Positions 1 to 9,105 of a DNA stretch of 32,000 bases are shown piece after piece. Made by a program: the position numbers and the translations under genes. The notes beneath the pieces are model-generated. The model had not been told where the DNA came from, did not search any database, and was given only the letters and a program-made list of their open reading frames with translations. This DNA is from Cupriavidus necator (GTDB lineage Bacteria; Pseudomonadota; Gammaproteobacteria; Burkholderiales; Burkholderiaceae), in the NCBI RefSeq assembly GCF_016127575.1, contig NZ_CP066018.1:3540001-3572000 (forward strand). The letters run 5' to 3'. Every line of letters starts with the position of its first letter. Positions within the stretch are counted from its first letter, which is position 1.

Positions 1-1
1 C

Positions 2-1060
2 ACCTATGTGGTGGGCCACGTGCTTGCAGTGCGCGGCGAGCAGGTTGTGGTATCGGGCTATGGCGCGACGCTGGTCGCCACGAACCCTGACGAGCAGGCC
101 ATCATGATGACTGGCGCGAACTCGACGCTGGTTGGCGTGACGCTGACGGGCATCGGCACGCAGCGGCTCGAGTCGGCCACGTCGACCAAGGTCGCCGTGG
201 ACGGACAGGGCATCCAGGTGCTCGATGTCAACATCAATGGCGGTGCGAGTGTCGGCATCTTTGTCTCGCGCGGCAGCAGCATTGCGCTGGTCGGCAACAA
301 GGTCCATGGCACGCTGGCCGACGGCATCCACATCACAGGCGGTTCACGCGACGTGCTCGTGCAGGACAACGCGGTCACCGCCACCGGCGACGACATGGTG
401 GGGATCGTCAGCTACCAGCGGGACGGTGTGCTCAGCCAGAACATCTACGTATCGGGAAATTATCTGGCAGGCAACGCGTGGGGCAGGGGCGTTGCTATCG
501 TCGGCGGTGCCGACGTGACGGTCGCCGGCAACCGGATCGAAGGTGTGCAGAAGGCTGCGGCGGTGCTGGTGGCGCAGGAGGATGGCTACCGTACGGCCAG
601 CGTGACCAATGTCCTGGTCGCGAACAATATCATCTCCGACGACCAGAACGCGACACAACCTGGGAACGACCGTCCCGCCGCAGGCCATGCAGCTATCGAC
701 ATCAACACGGGCAGCGGAGCAGTGACGCAGGTACTGGTGACGGGAAACCAGGTAACGCGCGCGAGGTTCGACGGATTCCGGGCCATGAACAATGTTTGCG
801 GCGTCCGCGTCTCAGGCAACCGCTTTGCTGCGATCGGTGGCCTCGCCCTGTCGCTGCAGTACCGAAACTGTACGGCGACGCAGTTTATCTGCGACGCCAA
901 TACGCTCGATGGTGTGAGCCTCGCAGCCCCACCAGGATGTTCCAGCGCGGGCACCATCCCGATTTCCGGCGCGGACGCGGGCCGCCTGCCGCCGGTGCGT
1001 ACCTCCCTGCGCCAAGGCCTGCAGGCCTCGATGCCAGCGTGCCAGGCACGCTCGGGTTGA
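2..1060 (+). CDS. right-handed parallel beta-helix repeat protein, putative polysaccharide glycanase or modifying enzyme (5' end may lie outside the window)
   Basis: ORF 8..1060 stays open in the same frame to the window edge. The translation shows periodic beta-helix coil repeats (GNKVHGTLADGIHITGGSRDVLVQDN, VSGNYLAGNAWGRGVAIVGGADVTVAGNRIEG, VTGNQV, VSGNRF). It converges on the 3' end of the EPS operon. Confidence 0.6.
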   Translation, partial: TYVVGHVLAVRGEQVVVSGYGATLVATNPDEQAIMMTGANSTLVGVTLTGIGTQRLESATSTKVAVDGQGIQVLDVNINGGASVGIFVSRGSSIALVGNKVHGTLADGIHITGGSRDVLVQDNAVTATGDDMVGIVSYQRDGVLSQNIYVSGNYLAGNAWGRGVAIVGGADVTVAGNRIEGVQKAAAVLVAQEDGYRTASVTNVLVANNIISDDQNATQPGNDRPAAGHAAIDINTGSGAVTQVLVTGNQVTRARFDGFRAMNNVCGVRVSGNRFAAIGGLALSLQYRNCTATQFICDANTLDGVSLAAPPGCSSAGTIPISGADAGRLPPVRTSLRQGLQASMPACQARSG

Positions 1061-1114
1061 GGGAAGCCCACGCACAGCGCTTCGCCCCCGGTTGGCGCAA
1101 TCTGCGCAAGATGG

Positions 1115-2002
1115 TCACCTGACCCGCGGCGTTTCCGCCAACAGTTGCAGCAAGTATCTGCCGTAGTGGCTTTTTACGAGCGGGGAGGCGAGCCGACTCA
1201 ACTGCTCTGCATCGATCCAGCGATGACGGTACGCGATTTCTTCCGGGCATGCCACCATCAGCCCCTGGCGCTTCTGCAACGTGGAGACCAGCAGCGCCGC
1301 CTCGATGAGCGAATCATGCGTGCCGGTGTCGAGCCAGGCATAGCCGCGGCCCATGATGTCGACGCTTAGCTTGCCCGCTGCGAGGTAGCGCGAATTGATG
1401 TCGGTAATCTCCAGTTCGCCGCGGGCAGATGGCCGGATATCTGCCGCAATGTCGCACACCTCATGGTCGTAAAAGTACAGACCGGTCACCGCATAGCTGG
1501 ACCGTGGCGAAGCGGGCTTTTCCTCGATCGACAATGCGCGGAAGTCTTCATCGAATTCGACCACGCCATACCGCTCGGGATCGTGGACGTGATAGGCAAA
1601 TACCGTGGCGCCTTCCTCGCGTCGGCTCGTCCGGGTCAGTTGTCTGGCGAGATCGTGCCCATAGAAAATGTTGTCGCCGAGGATCAGCGCCGATGGATCC
1701 CGGCCGACAAACTCACGTCCGATGATAAATGCCTGCGCCAGCCCATCGGGCGAAGGCTGTTCCGCGTACCGGATGTCGAGACCCCACTGGCTGCCATCAC
1801 CGAGCATGCCGGCAAAGCGAGGGGTGTCCTGCGGGGTGGAAATGACCAGCACGTCGCGAATGCCGGCAGTCATCAACGTTGACAGCGGGTAGTAGATCAT
1901 CGGCTTGTCGTAGACCGGCAGCAGTTGCTTGGAAACGCTCTGCGTGACCGGATACAGTCGGGTGCCGGATCCACCGGCCAGAATGATGCCTTTTCGGGTC
2001 AT
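1115..2002 (-). CDS. rmlA: glucose-1-phosphate thymidylyltransferase
   Basis: 295 aa. N-terminal [40 protein letters not shown] signature and full-length RmlA/RfbA-like sequence. Its start overlaps the wzx stop in an ATGA (1999-2002). Confidence 0.93.
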   Translation of the reverse strand: MTRKGIILAGGSGTRLYPVTQSVSKQLLPVYDKPMIYYPLSTLMTAGIRDVLVISTPQDTPRFAGMLGDGSQWGLDIRYAEQPSPDGLAQAFIIGREFVGRDPSALILGDNIFYGHDLARQLTRTSRREEGATVFAYHVHDPERYGVVEFDEDFRALSIEEKPASPRSSYAVTGLYFYDHEVCDIAADIRPSARGELEITDINSRYLAAGKLSVDIMGRGYAWLDTGTHDSLIEAALLVSTLQKRQGLMVACPEEIAYRHRWIDAEQLSRLASPLVKSHYGRYLLQLLAETPRVR

Positions 2003-3312
2003 GCCTGAATCTCCGTCGTGGATGGTCTTTCCTGTATCTTCAGGATCGATGCGCTGGAAGCTGTTTCGCGGCGATAGCAGACCGCGAAGGCCGCGGCTCC
2101 GAACGCTTCAGTCAGGATGACGGAAATCACCGTCCCTTCGGCGCCCAGGTACCACACAAGCGGGACCACATAAACGAGATGGAGCAACGTCGCCGCCGCG
2201 TAGATGTTCTGCACGAGGCGGTGGCGCCCCAACGCGAGCAGGCCAAGGTTGCCGAAAACAAAGGCAATGCTGGTAACCGGCAGCAGCACGCCCTCCAGCC
2301 GCAGCAAGAAGATCGCGGCGTGGAACGGTTCGCCCAGCCACATCCGGATGCCAAGATCCGCGAACAGCTCGATCGCGATGAACATCGCCACCGAGCTGCC
2401 GAACACCGCCAGCATGGCCTTGCGCATCAGCGCCTGCGCTGCGGCAGCATCCGTGGCGTTGTACTGGCTGATACGCGGGAAGAACGCGGTGCCGATGACG
2501 GTAAAGACAGTCTGGCCCGCAATGCGGATCTTGTCCGCCATGGAGAATTGCCCGACCGCGACCGGGCCGTGGAAATAATTGAGCAGGATCGCGTTGAAGT
2601 TCACGTAGAAGCTGACCAGCACAAGGGAAAGGAACACTGGATACCCCTCGCGCAAGGACGCCACGATCGCGCGCATTGGCACGGCGACCAGCGTGGCAAT
2701 GCGCTGCCGGTGCACCTCCCATAGCGCTGCGGCGGCCAGGATGGCAGTGCCGATGCTGATCCCCAGCGCCGCCAGCGCTGCATCGCCGGGCCCCCGAACC
2801 CACGCGATGACGCATGAAAGACTGACCGCCTTGGAGATGAAATTTGGCAGCACGAGCGACTTCATGCGCTCCTGCCCCTGGTACAGCCAGAACGGAGTGA
2901 TCGCGTTGGCGACGACGCCTACGAACGCCGCGGCCAGGATCTCCCAGTGCTCCCTCAAGCTTGGCACCATGCCCACCGCGCCCAGCATGAGCAGCGCCGA
3001 CACAAGGGTCAACAGCAGTTTGGCGCCCATGGTGGCTGAGTACACCTCGGCTACCGCTTGCGGATCGTCGCGTTGCAGGGACACCAGGCGGGTCGCCGTG
3101 AGATTGTGGCCATAGTCGGTCAGCAGAATCAGGTATTGCGCCAGCGCCTGGCAGTAGGCCAGGACGCCAAACTCCTTGACGCCAAGCACTCGGCCCAGAA
3201 ACGGTAAGAGCAGTAGCGGGAACAGGTAGTTGCCTGCCTGGATGAGGAGAAGGTAGGCAGCGGTCGCACGGATCGATGGGGGCATGGGCTTGTTGATATA
3301 TGGAGACGTCAT
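1999..3312 (-). CDS. wzx: oligosaccharide flippase, MOP/Wzx family
   Basis: Polytopic membrane protein with a Wzx-like N-terminus ([33 protein letters not shown]...[13 protein letters not shown]). I place the start at the ATG at 3312-3310 (MTSPYINK), which forms an ATGA overlap with the upstream stop. The longer 533-aa ORF extension has Arg/Ala-rich non-coding character. Confidence 0.8.
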   Translation of the reverse strand: MTSPYINKPMPPSIRATAAYLLLIQAGNYLFPLLLLPFLGRVLGVKEFGVLAYCQALAQYLILLTDYGHNLTATRLVSLQRDDPQAVAEVYSATMGAKLLLTLVSALLMLGAVGMVPSLREHWEILAAAFVGVVANAITPFWLYQGQERMKSLVLPNFISKAVSLSCVIAWVRGPGDAALAALGISIGTAILAAAALWEVHRQRIATLVAVPMRAIVASLREGYPVFLSLVLVSFYVNFNAILLNYFHGPVAVGQFSMADKIRIAGQTVFTVIGTAFFPRISQYNATDAAAAQALMRKAMLAVFGSSVAMFIAIELFADLGIRMWLGEPFHAAIFLLRLEGVLLPVTSIAFVFGNLGLLALGRHRLVQNIYAAATLLHLVYVVPLVWYLGAEGTVISVILTEAFGAAAFAVCYRRETASSASILKIQERPSTTEIQA

Positions 3313-4592
3313 GGTGGGCCCGGTAGCGGGGCGCTGCGCCTGGCATGGTGCGGGGGCACCTTGTGCGAGATCCGGTGTCGGGCCGGCTGACCGAAGCATT
3401 GGAAGACCAGCCAAAGCAGCGCGAGCGGCACGAAGTTCCGCCCGCTGAACAGGTTCGGCACGCGCAGCATCTCCATCAGCGACACCAGCAGCACGGCATG
3501 GGCGCAACACCAGAAGCCATCGCCCGCCCTCCAGCCGGCGTAGCTGCGTGCCAGCATCCAGCCCATGAGCGCTGCCAGCAGCAGTGCGAACCATCCCCAC
3601 TCGTAGAAGTGCACGAAGATACCGGACGGATTGTTGAACTCGGGATCGCCAAAGTTATTCAGAAACAGCCCGTAGCCGTTGCCGCCACCCACTAGCGGCC
3701 GGAAAAACTCCCCGAGTACGGGAAATCTGATGAGCCAGTCGAACGTAAAGGTTGGCTCGCCGGTTCCCCAGCCCATGATCGTCAGCAGGCCAGCGCCGTT
3801 GTTCAGCGCGGTCGAGTAATACATCGCCAGCCGCTCAAGGGCGAAGTCGAGGATGTTGTCGTAGATGTTGACGTAGTAGGTTTGCCAGGAGCGGCTGTAT
3901 TCGTTCGCGATGAAGAAGCCGATCATCGGCACGATCGCGGCGAAGGGTCCTAGCGCGAGCAGCACCGAGTGCCTCGGGAGGTTGCTGAAGCGGGCAGCCA
4001 TCAGGGCCCAGGGAAGGAGTACCTCTACCAGCGCGAGCCGCTCGGCAAAAATGAAGCTGCGCAACAACGTCAGCACGCCCAGCACGACCATGTAGGCCTT
4101 GTAACGATTGAAGCCGCGCACAGGCGTGCGGAAGACATAGAAGTACAGCGGCACGTAAGCCACGGTGGCTTGCGTGAGCGTGCTGATGCCGGCAATGCGG
4201 CCCTTCAGTTCAAGGACGTCGTAGGTATTTGCTCCGCCGTTCAGGAAGGACAGGAGGATGGCAGGTTGGGCGATCACGCCGCCCATCATGACCAGGTAAC
4301 CGGCCAGTGCGAGGCCGAACATGGCATCAAGGACTCGTACCGGAATTTCGGGGGGCTCGGCGCGGGCGGGCGGCACGAGGATACGTTCGGCGTATGCCGC
4401 GACGGTGAGTACACCGAGAAAGAGGGCCCCGGCAAGAGCATGGAAGCTGGTGAAGTAGACTCGCTCGATGGCCTTCTGTTCGCCAAGCAGGTCCAGTGCA
4501 ATCAGCATGTATAGCGGCAGGATGAAGTACAGCAGTAGCCTGGCGGGGTCTTCCCACCAATAGCCTTCATGGTGATCGGGCGTGTTGGGCAT
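3309..4592 (-). CDS. wzy: polytopic membrane protein, putative repeat-unit polymerase (Wzy-like)
   Basis: 427 aa, many hydrophobic segments, no glycosyltransferase motifs. It sits between the glycosyltransferases and wzx, the usual place for Wzy. The assignment is positional and topological. Confidence 0.6.
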   Translation of the reverse strand: MPNTPDHHEGYWWEDPARLLLYFILPLYMLIALDLLGEQKAIERVYFTSFHALAGALFLGVLTVAAYAERILVPPARAEPPEIPVRVLDAMFGLALAGYLVMMGGVIAQPAILLSFLNGGANTYDVLELKGRIAGISTLTQATVAYVPLYFYVFRTPVRGFNRYKAYMVVLGVLTLLRSFIFAERLALVEVLLPWALMAARFSNLPRHSVLLALGPFAAIVPMIGFFIANEYSRSWQTYYVNIYDNILDFALERLAMYYSTALNNGAGLLTIMGWGTGEPTFTFDWLIRFPVLGEFFRPLVGGGNGYGLFLNNFGDPEFNNPSGIFVHFYEWGWFALLLAALMGWMLARSYAGWRAGDGFWCCAHAVLLVSLMEMLRVPNLFSGRNFVPLALLWLVFQCFGQPARHRISHKVPPHHARRSAPLPGPP

Positions 4593-4605
4593 CGTAGCGG
4601 CTCCG

Positions 4606-5880
4606 TCAGCGCGGCAGCGATTCGAGCGTGTCGGCGATCACCGGCACCGGCAACGCTGCCACGTCGCGCTGGATGTCAGCCGAATGGCCAATCCCTGCGA
4701 GCGGCGTGGTCGATGCCTGCGCCATCGCGCTGCGCACCATGGCGAGAAACTCCCGCCGGAAACGCTCGGGTGAGAACTGGAGCGCATTGCGCCGGCATGC
4801 GGCAGGGTTGAATGGTCCGCTCTCCTCGAATCGGCACACGGCGCGCACGATGTCTTCTACGGTCTGGCGCGGAAAGAAGACGCCGGTGCGGATATTACGG
4901 TCCAGGCTGTCAATGACCGTCTCGCGAGAACCGCCCCGTCCCAGGGCGATCAGCGGTGTCCCGCACGCCTGCGCTTCCAGGGCCACAATGCCGAAATCTT
5001 CTTCCGCTGCAAAGACAAAGGCACGGGCGCGTTGCATATGGTCGATCAGTACGTCCGTCGACTGATAGCCGAGCAGCTGGACGTTGGAGGGCGCCATGTC
5101 CCGGATGCGTGCGAGATCAGGACCGGCGCCGATGACAACCAGACGTTTGTCCGGCATGGCAGCAAAGGCTTCGACGATCAGCCCGACCTTCTTGTACGGC
5201 ACCAGACGCGATGCGGTGAGGAAGAAATCCTCGCGGCGATCGCCCAGGCTGAACCGTTCAATATCGACTGGGGGGTAGATCACCGAGGCATCGCAGCCGT
5301 AGACCTTGCGGATGCGACGCGCGACGTAGGCGGAGTTGGCCACGAACAGGTCGACACCGTGTGCGGTCCGGTGGTCCCAGATCCGCATGTAATGCAGGAT
5401 GGCGCGGGCCAGCCAGCTCTTGAGGCCACGGGTCAGGCGGGATTCTTCCAGGTATTGATGTTGCAGGTCCCACGCGTAGCGGATCGGTGAATGCACATAG
5501 CTGACATGCAGCTGGCCGGGGCCGGTGATCACGCCCTTGGCCACGGCATGGCTGGACGAGATCACCAGGTCGTATCCGGACAGGTCGAACTGCTCCACCG
5601 CCAGCGGCATCAAGGGCAGATAGGCGCGAAACGACTGCCGGGCGCGCGGCAGGTGCTGGATGAAGGACGTCCTGGCATGCTTGCCTTGCAGGACGGCCCG
5701 CTCTGCGTCCGGGAAAAAGTCAACCACGCTGAACAGGTCGGCATCAGGCCAGATCTTCAGAATCTGTTCGAGGACGCGTTCGGAGCCGGCGTAGGTAGTC
5801 AGCCACTCGTGTACCACCGCGACCCTGCCGAACTCGTCTGCGGTGCGCAATGGGGGAGGATTCATCGCCGTGGGAGCCAT
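4606..5880 (-). CDS. glycosyltransferase family 4 (GT-B)
   Basis: VAVVHEWLTTYAGSERV N-terminus and an E-x7-E motif (EEDFGIVALEAQACGTPLIAL). An alternative start ATG at 5865-5863 would give an ATGA overlap with the upstream stop. Confidence 0.85.
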   Translation of the reverse strand: MAPTAMNPPPLRTADEFGRVAVVHEWLTTYAGSERVLEQILKIWPDADLFSVVDFFPDAERAVLQGKHARTSFIQHLPRARQSFRAYLPLMPLAVEQFDLSGYDLVISSSHAVAKGVITGPGQLHVSYVHSPIRYAWDLQHQYLEESRLTRGLKSWLARAILHYMRIWDHRTAHGVDLFVANSAYVARRIRKVYGCDASVIYPPVDIERFSLGDRREDFFLTASRLVPYKKVGLIVEAFAAMPDKRLVVIGAGPDLARIRDMAPSNVQLLGYQSTDVLIDHMQRARAFVFAAEEDFGIVALEAQACGTPLIALGRGGSRETVIDSLDRNIRTGVFFPRQTVEDIVRAVCRFEESGPFNPAACRRNALQFSPERFRREFLAMVRSAMAQASTTPLAGIGHSADIQRDVAALPVPVIADTLESLPR

Positions 5881-6974
5881 GGAGTGATCTCGCTAAGTAG
5901 CTTGGCGGCAGTGGTGCGCCATGAATTCCGTTCCACGTGGGCATAACCTTGCGCGCGCAATCTGTCTCGCAAGGTGCTGTCACGCATGACGTAAGTCAGC
6001 AGCTCGCCAAGTTCGCGAGCGCTGGTCGGGCGGAAATAGAGCGCGGCGTTGCCGCAGGCCTCGCGCACCGAAGGCAGATTGGACGCAAGGACCGGACAGC
6101 CAAGCGTCATGGCTTCCACGGGGGGCAAGCCATAGCCTTCATAGAGCGACGGGAAAACAAAGCAGGCAGCATGGCGGAACAATGCCTTGAGGTCGTCGTC
6201 ATCAACATAGCCCACGCGTTTGACGAAATCTGGCGCTACCTGCTGCACCGACTGGAACACGGGCAACGTGGCCCCCACGATGACCACTTCGTATTCCGTC
6301 GTCTTGAGCAGCTCGATGGCCTCTACCACGAGCCTGAAGTTCTTGTGGTGGCTGGCACTACTGACAGCCAGGACGTAGGGCCGGCCCGATAGCTGGAACT
6401 TTCTGCGGACGTCCGGGGCTTGCGGCAGGCGCTGCATGTGATCACCGCTCATTGGCAGCACGCCGATCTTGCGGTCGGGAATGCGATAGGCCTGGGAGAG
6501 TTCGCGGCGTGAGAACTCCGACACAGTGAGCACACGCCGCGCGATGCGTCCGACCCACGGTGCCATGATGCGGTACCAGGCGCGGAACGCGCGTGTGTAG
6601 GCTTGCGGAATCCGTACTGGCGCGGCGTCATGCATGACTGTGACCTGGTTCGGAAACAGCAACGGCGCCGCGTTGCAAAGGTTCAGCAGCAGCGTGCCGC
6701 GGGCAGCGAGCGCCAGGCTGACCTGCTCCCAGTATTGGCCCGTGCCGCCATGGACCGTCCGGATCCGCAAGTGCGGGAACTGCTGTGGATCCACCTTGAC
6801 GGATGCCGGCACCAGAATCTCGAACGACAGCCCGGCAGTAATAGGGTCGTGGTCCGCAACGAGTTGGTCGATGCCGCGTACGACTTCGTAGGCAAAGCGG
6901 TCGACGCCGGTCGCGCGCCTGCCCAGGAAGCGGCCGTTGATGGAGACGGTTGCGGAGGCGGACACGGTGGCCAT
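5862..6974 (-). CDS. glycosyltransferase family 4 (GT-B), mannosyl/rhamnosyl-transferase-like
   Basis: 370 aa. C-terminal FVFPSLYEGYGLPPVEAMTLGCPVLASN E-x7-E motif. Confidence 0.85.
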   Translation of the reverse strand: MATVSASATVSINGRFLGRRATGVDRFAYEVVRGIDQLVADHDPITAGLSFEILVPASVKVDPQQFPHLRIRTVHGGTGQYWEQVSLALAARGTLLLNLCNAAPLLFPNQVTVMHDAAPVRIPQAYTRAFRAWYRIMAPWVGRIARRVLTVSEFSRRELSQAYRIPDRKIGVLPMSGDHMQRLPQAPDVRRKFQLSGRPYVLAVSSASHHKNFRLVVEAIELLKTTEYEVVIVGATLPVFQSVQQVAPDFVKRVGYVDDDDLKALFRHAACFVFPSLYEGYGLPPVEAMTLGCPVLASNLPSVREACGNAALYFRPTSARELGELLTYVMRDSTLRDRLRAQGYAHVERNSWRTTAAKLLSEITPWLPRR

Positions 6975-6986
6975 TTCCGATACGGT

Positions 6987-8030
6987 TCAGTACCCCGCAC
7001 GGGCGAGGGGATTGGCGATGTAGCGAACCGCCCGATTGCTGATGGATGCCACCGGCACCAGGCAAAGTGCGGTCAGGCACCATACGGCGAGCTTCTTGCG
7101 CGCGCTCCAGAAGGGATTGGCGGCAACCGTATGAAAGTAGCGGCTGGACTCATGACGGAACCAGCGCCATCGCCGAGTCAACGGCGCGCCATGGAGAAGG
7201 GTGGCAAAGTGGGCCTTCTCCGCGGAGAAATCCAGAAATTCGGCAGGCAGGACGACGCCAAGCCGTTCCCAGGCCAGCCCGCGCAGGATGGCCCAGCGCC
7301 GGGCAGACTGCCTGGCTCCCGCCAGTGCATCTTCGGCATTGGCGAGCGACAGGTTGGCGCTGCCCGCATCGCCTGCTTGCGCCGTGGTATGCCGATGCAC
7401 GCGATAGCGGCCGAGCGCACGATCAAGCGAGCCAACGCTGCCGACCAGCGCAATGCCATAGATGGCGTAGAAGTCGGCACCGTGTATGTTGTCTGCGGTG
7501 ACCGGGACAGGAAAGATGCGCCGGAGTGCATCCACGCGATAGGCGTTTCCCGACCCGGGCGGTGACGGGTACAGCCATCCGTCCCGCAGCCGCATGCCGC
7601 AGTCTGTCACGTCGCTGGATTGCGGAACCTGCACCCCGGTGAGGGTCCCGTCCTCGGTCATTACCTCCAGTCGGAACTGAACCTTGACATAGTCGCCGGC
7701 TGCGAAGGCGGCCAGCACCGCCTCGGCGGCGTCCGGCTGCAACTGGTCGTCGGCGTCAAGGAAGATCACGCAGGGCGTATCGAGCCGACGCAGCGCGTGA
7801 TTGTAGGCCGAGACCTGCCCGCCGTTTGGCTGGAACACGGCTTCTATCCTGTCGCCGTAGCCCAGGATGATGTCACGCGAACCATCGCTGGAGCCGTCGT
7901 CGATCACCATTACCCTGACCCCTGGCGCCGTCTGGCATAGCGCGGAGTCAATGGCTCCCCCCAGGTACGGCGCGTAGTTGTAGTTGCAGATGACGATCGT
8001 CAGAAGGGCGGGGGAGGAGTTGGTCGGCAT
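6987..8030 (-). CDS. glycosyltransferase family 2
   Basis: LLTIVICNYNYAPYLGGAIDSALCQT...VMVIDDGSSDGS...FLDADD motifs typical of GT2 (GT-A fold). Confidence 0.88.
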   Translation of the reverse strand: MPTNSSPALLTIVICNYNYAPYLGGAIDSALCQTAPGVRVMVIDDGSSDGSRDIILGYGDRIEAVFQPNGGQVSAYNHALRRLDTPCVIFLDADDQLQPDAAEAVLAAFAAGDYVKVQFRLEVMTEDGTLTGVQVPQSSDVTDCGMRLRDGWLYPSPPGSGNAYRVDALRRIFPVPVTADNIHGADFYAIYGIALVGSVGSLDRALGRYRVHRHTTAQAGDAGSANLSLANAEDALAGARQSARRWAILRGLAWERLGVVLPAEFLDFSAEKAHFATLLHGAPLTRRWRWFRHESSRYFHTVAANPFWSARKKLAVWCLTALCLVPVASISNRAVRYIANPLARAGY

Positions 8031-8054
8031 GACGGCCTCTGCGGTGGATGTTGG

Positions 8055-9065
8055 CTACAGGGAATAGTCGGCGTGCAAGCCGAGGCGGCATGCCTCGCCG
8101 TCGGCGATCGCGCGCTCCAGCAGAGCGAGCCTGGCAGCAGCACCATGACGTCTGCCGTAGATCCGCAGCAGGGCGAGGAAGACGAGGCGGTTCAGGCGGT
8201 ATGTCAGGCTGGAGGTCGACCAGTAGTGCTTGTCGAACCATGCCTGGTTGCGGCTGCTGTAGTAGGCGCGGAAGTCCGACCGGCTCAACAGCAGGCACTC
8301 GAAATGATTCTTCCAGTCTCGCTTGACGTTCCACGATCCCTCCAGGTCTTCCAGGCGGGCGCCGGTTACCAGCGCAATGCGGCCGCCGCGCGCGGTCAGG
8401 CGCCATGTGTATTCGATGTCGTCCGCATACAGCACGAGCTGCCGTTCCGGCAAGCCGAGATCGAGGTAGAGATCGCGGTGCCCGAGGAAGCCGCCATACG
8501 GCGCAAAAGGCAACGGCAGGACTTCCGGCATGTCCGTCGGCTTCGGGCGGCCCCACGGCGTGCGGCGCCATAGCTTGTAGGGAATGCGGGCCACATGAAA
8601 GCCGAAGTAGCTGGAGCGCGGCGGCATCGCCAGCGCCACAGGCACACCCATCGCGATATCGGCCTGGTGATCCGGGCGGAAGCCAAGCACCGCCGCACGG
8701 TTGCGGCCAAATCCGCGCGTCAGCCGATCCAGCTGATGGCAGAGGACGTCGAGTGCGCCGGGGCACGGGGCATTGTCATCGTCCATCAGCCACAGGTAGT
8801 CCGTGTCGCGGCTGAGCGCTGCGTCGATGCCTACGGCATAGCCATTGGCCGACCCGGTGTTGGTCGGCAACCGGATCACGGTAACCCGCGCGCCCCAGTC
8901 GTCCTCGAGCCGGCTAAGGTCGGACGAGGAATTGTTGCTGACGATCACAGCGTGCGCCACGCCCTCGTGCTCGAACGCCCGCTGCAAGAGTTCGGCGCAA
9001 AAGTGCAGGCGCGCGCCGTAGGTTACGGTGACCAACGTGATGCGCTTGTGATGGGTGTATTTCAT
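8055..9065 (-). CDS. glycosyltransferase family 2, rhamnosyltransferase-like
   Basis: ITLVTVTYGARLHF..., TNTGSANGYAVGIDAAL and YLWLMDDDN motifs resemble WbbL-type GT2 enzymes. Confidence 0.82.
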   Translation of the reverse strand: MKYTHHKRITLVTVTYGARLHFCAELLQRAFEHEGVAHAVIVSNNSSSDLSRLEDDWGARVTVIRLPTNTGSANGYAVGIDAALSRDTDYLWLMDDDNAPCPGALDVLCHQLDRLTRGFGRNRAAVLGFRPDHQADIAMGVPVALAMPPRSSYFGFHVARIPYKLWRRTPWGRPKPTDMPEVLPLPFAPYGGFLGHRDLYLDLGLPERQLVLYADDIEYTWRLTARGGRIALVTGARLEDLEGSWNVKRDWKNHFECLLLSRSDFRAYYSSRNQAWFDKHYWSTSSLTYRLNRLVFLALLRIYGRRHGAAARLALLERAIADGEACRLGLHADYSL

Positions 9066-9105
9066 AACTGCCTTTTTTCTGCTGATTACCGCTCATTTCC
9101 GCTGA

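Noticed and set aside
1061-1114. Bidirectional terminator between the convergent beta-helix gene and rmlA
   Set aside because: Only a 5-bp stem (GCGCA-ATC-TGCGC) with no T-run, which is too weak to call.
2108-3346. 412-aa ORF on the minus strand overlapping wzx in another frame
   Set aside because: Its composition is Arg/Gly/Ala/Pro-dominated, typical of an off-frame reading of GC-rich coding DNA, and it has no motifs. The wzx frame gives a coherent polytopic membrane protein.
6603-8766. Long ORFs 6603..7565 (+) and 7948..8766 (-), plus several others overlapping the glycosyltransferase genes
   Set aside because: These are low-complexity Arg/Pro/Gly-rich translations that overlap well-supported GT2/GT4 reading frames.
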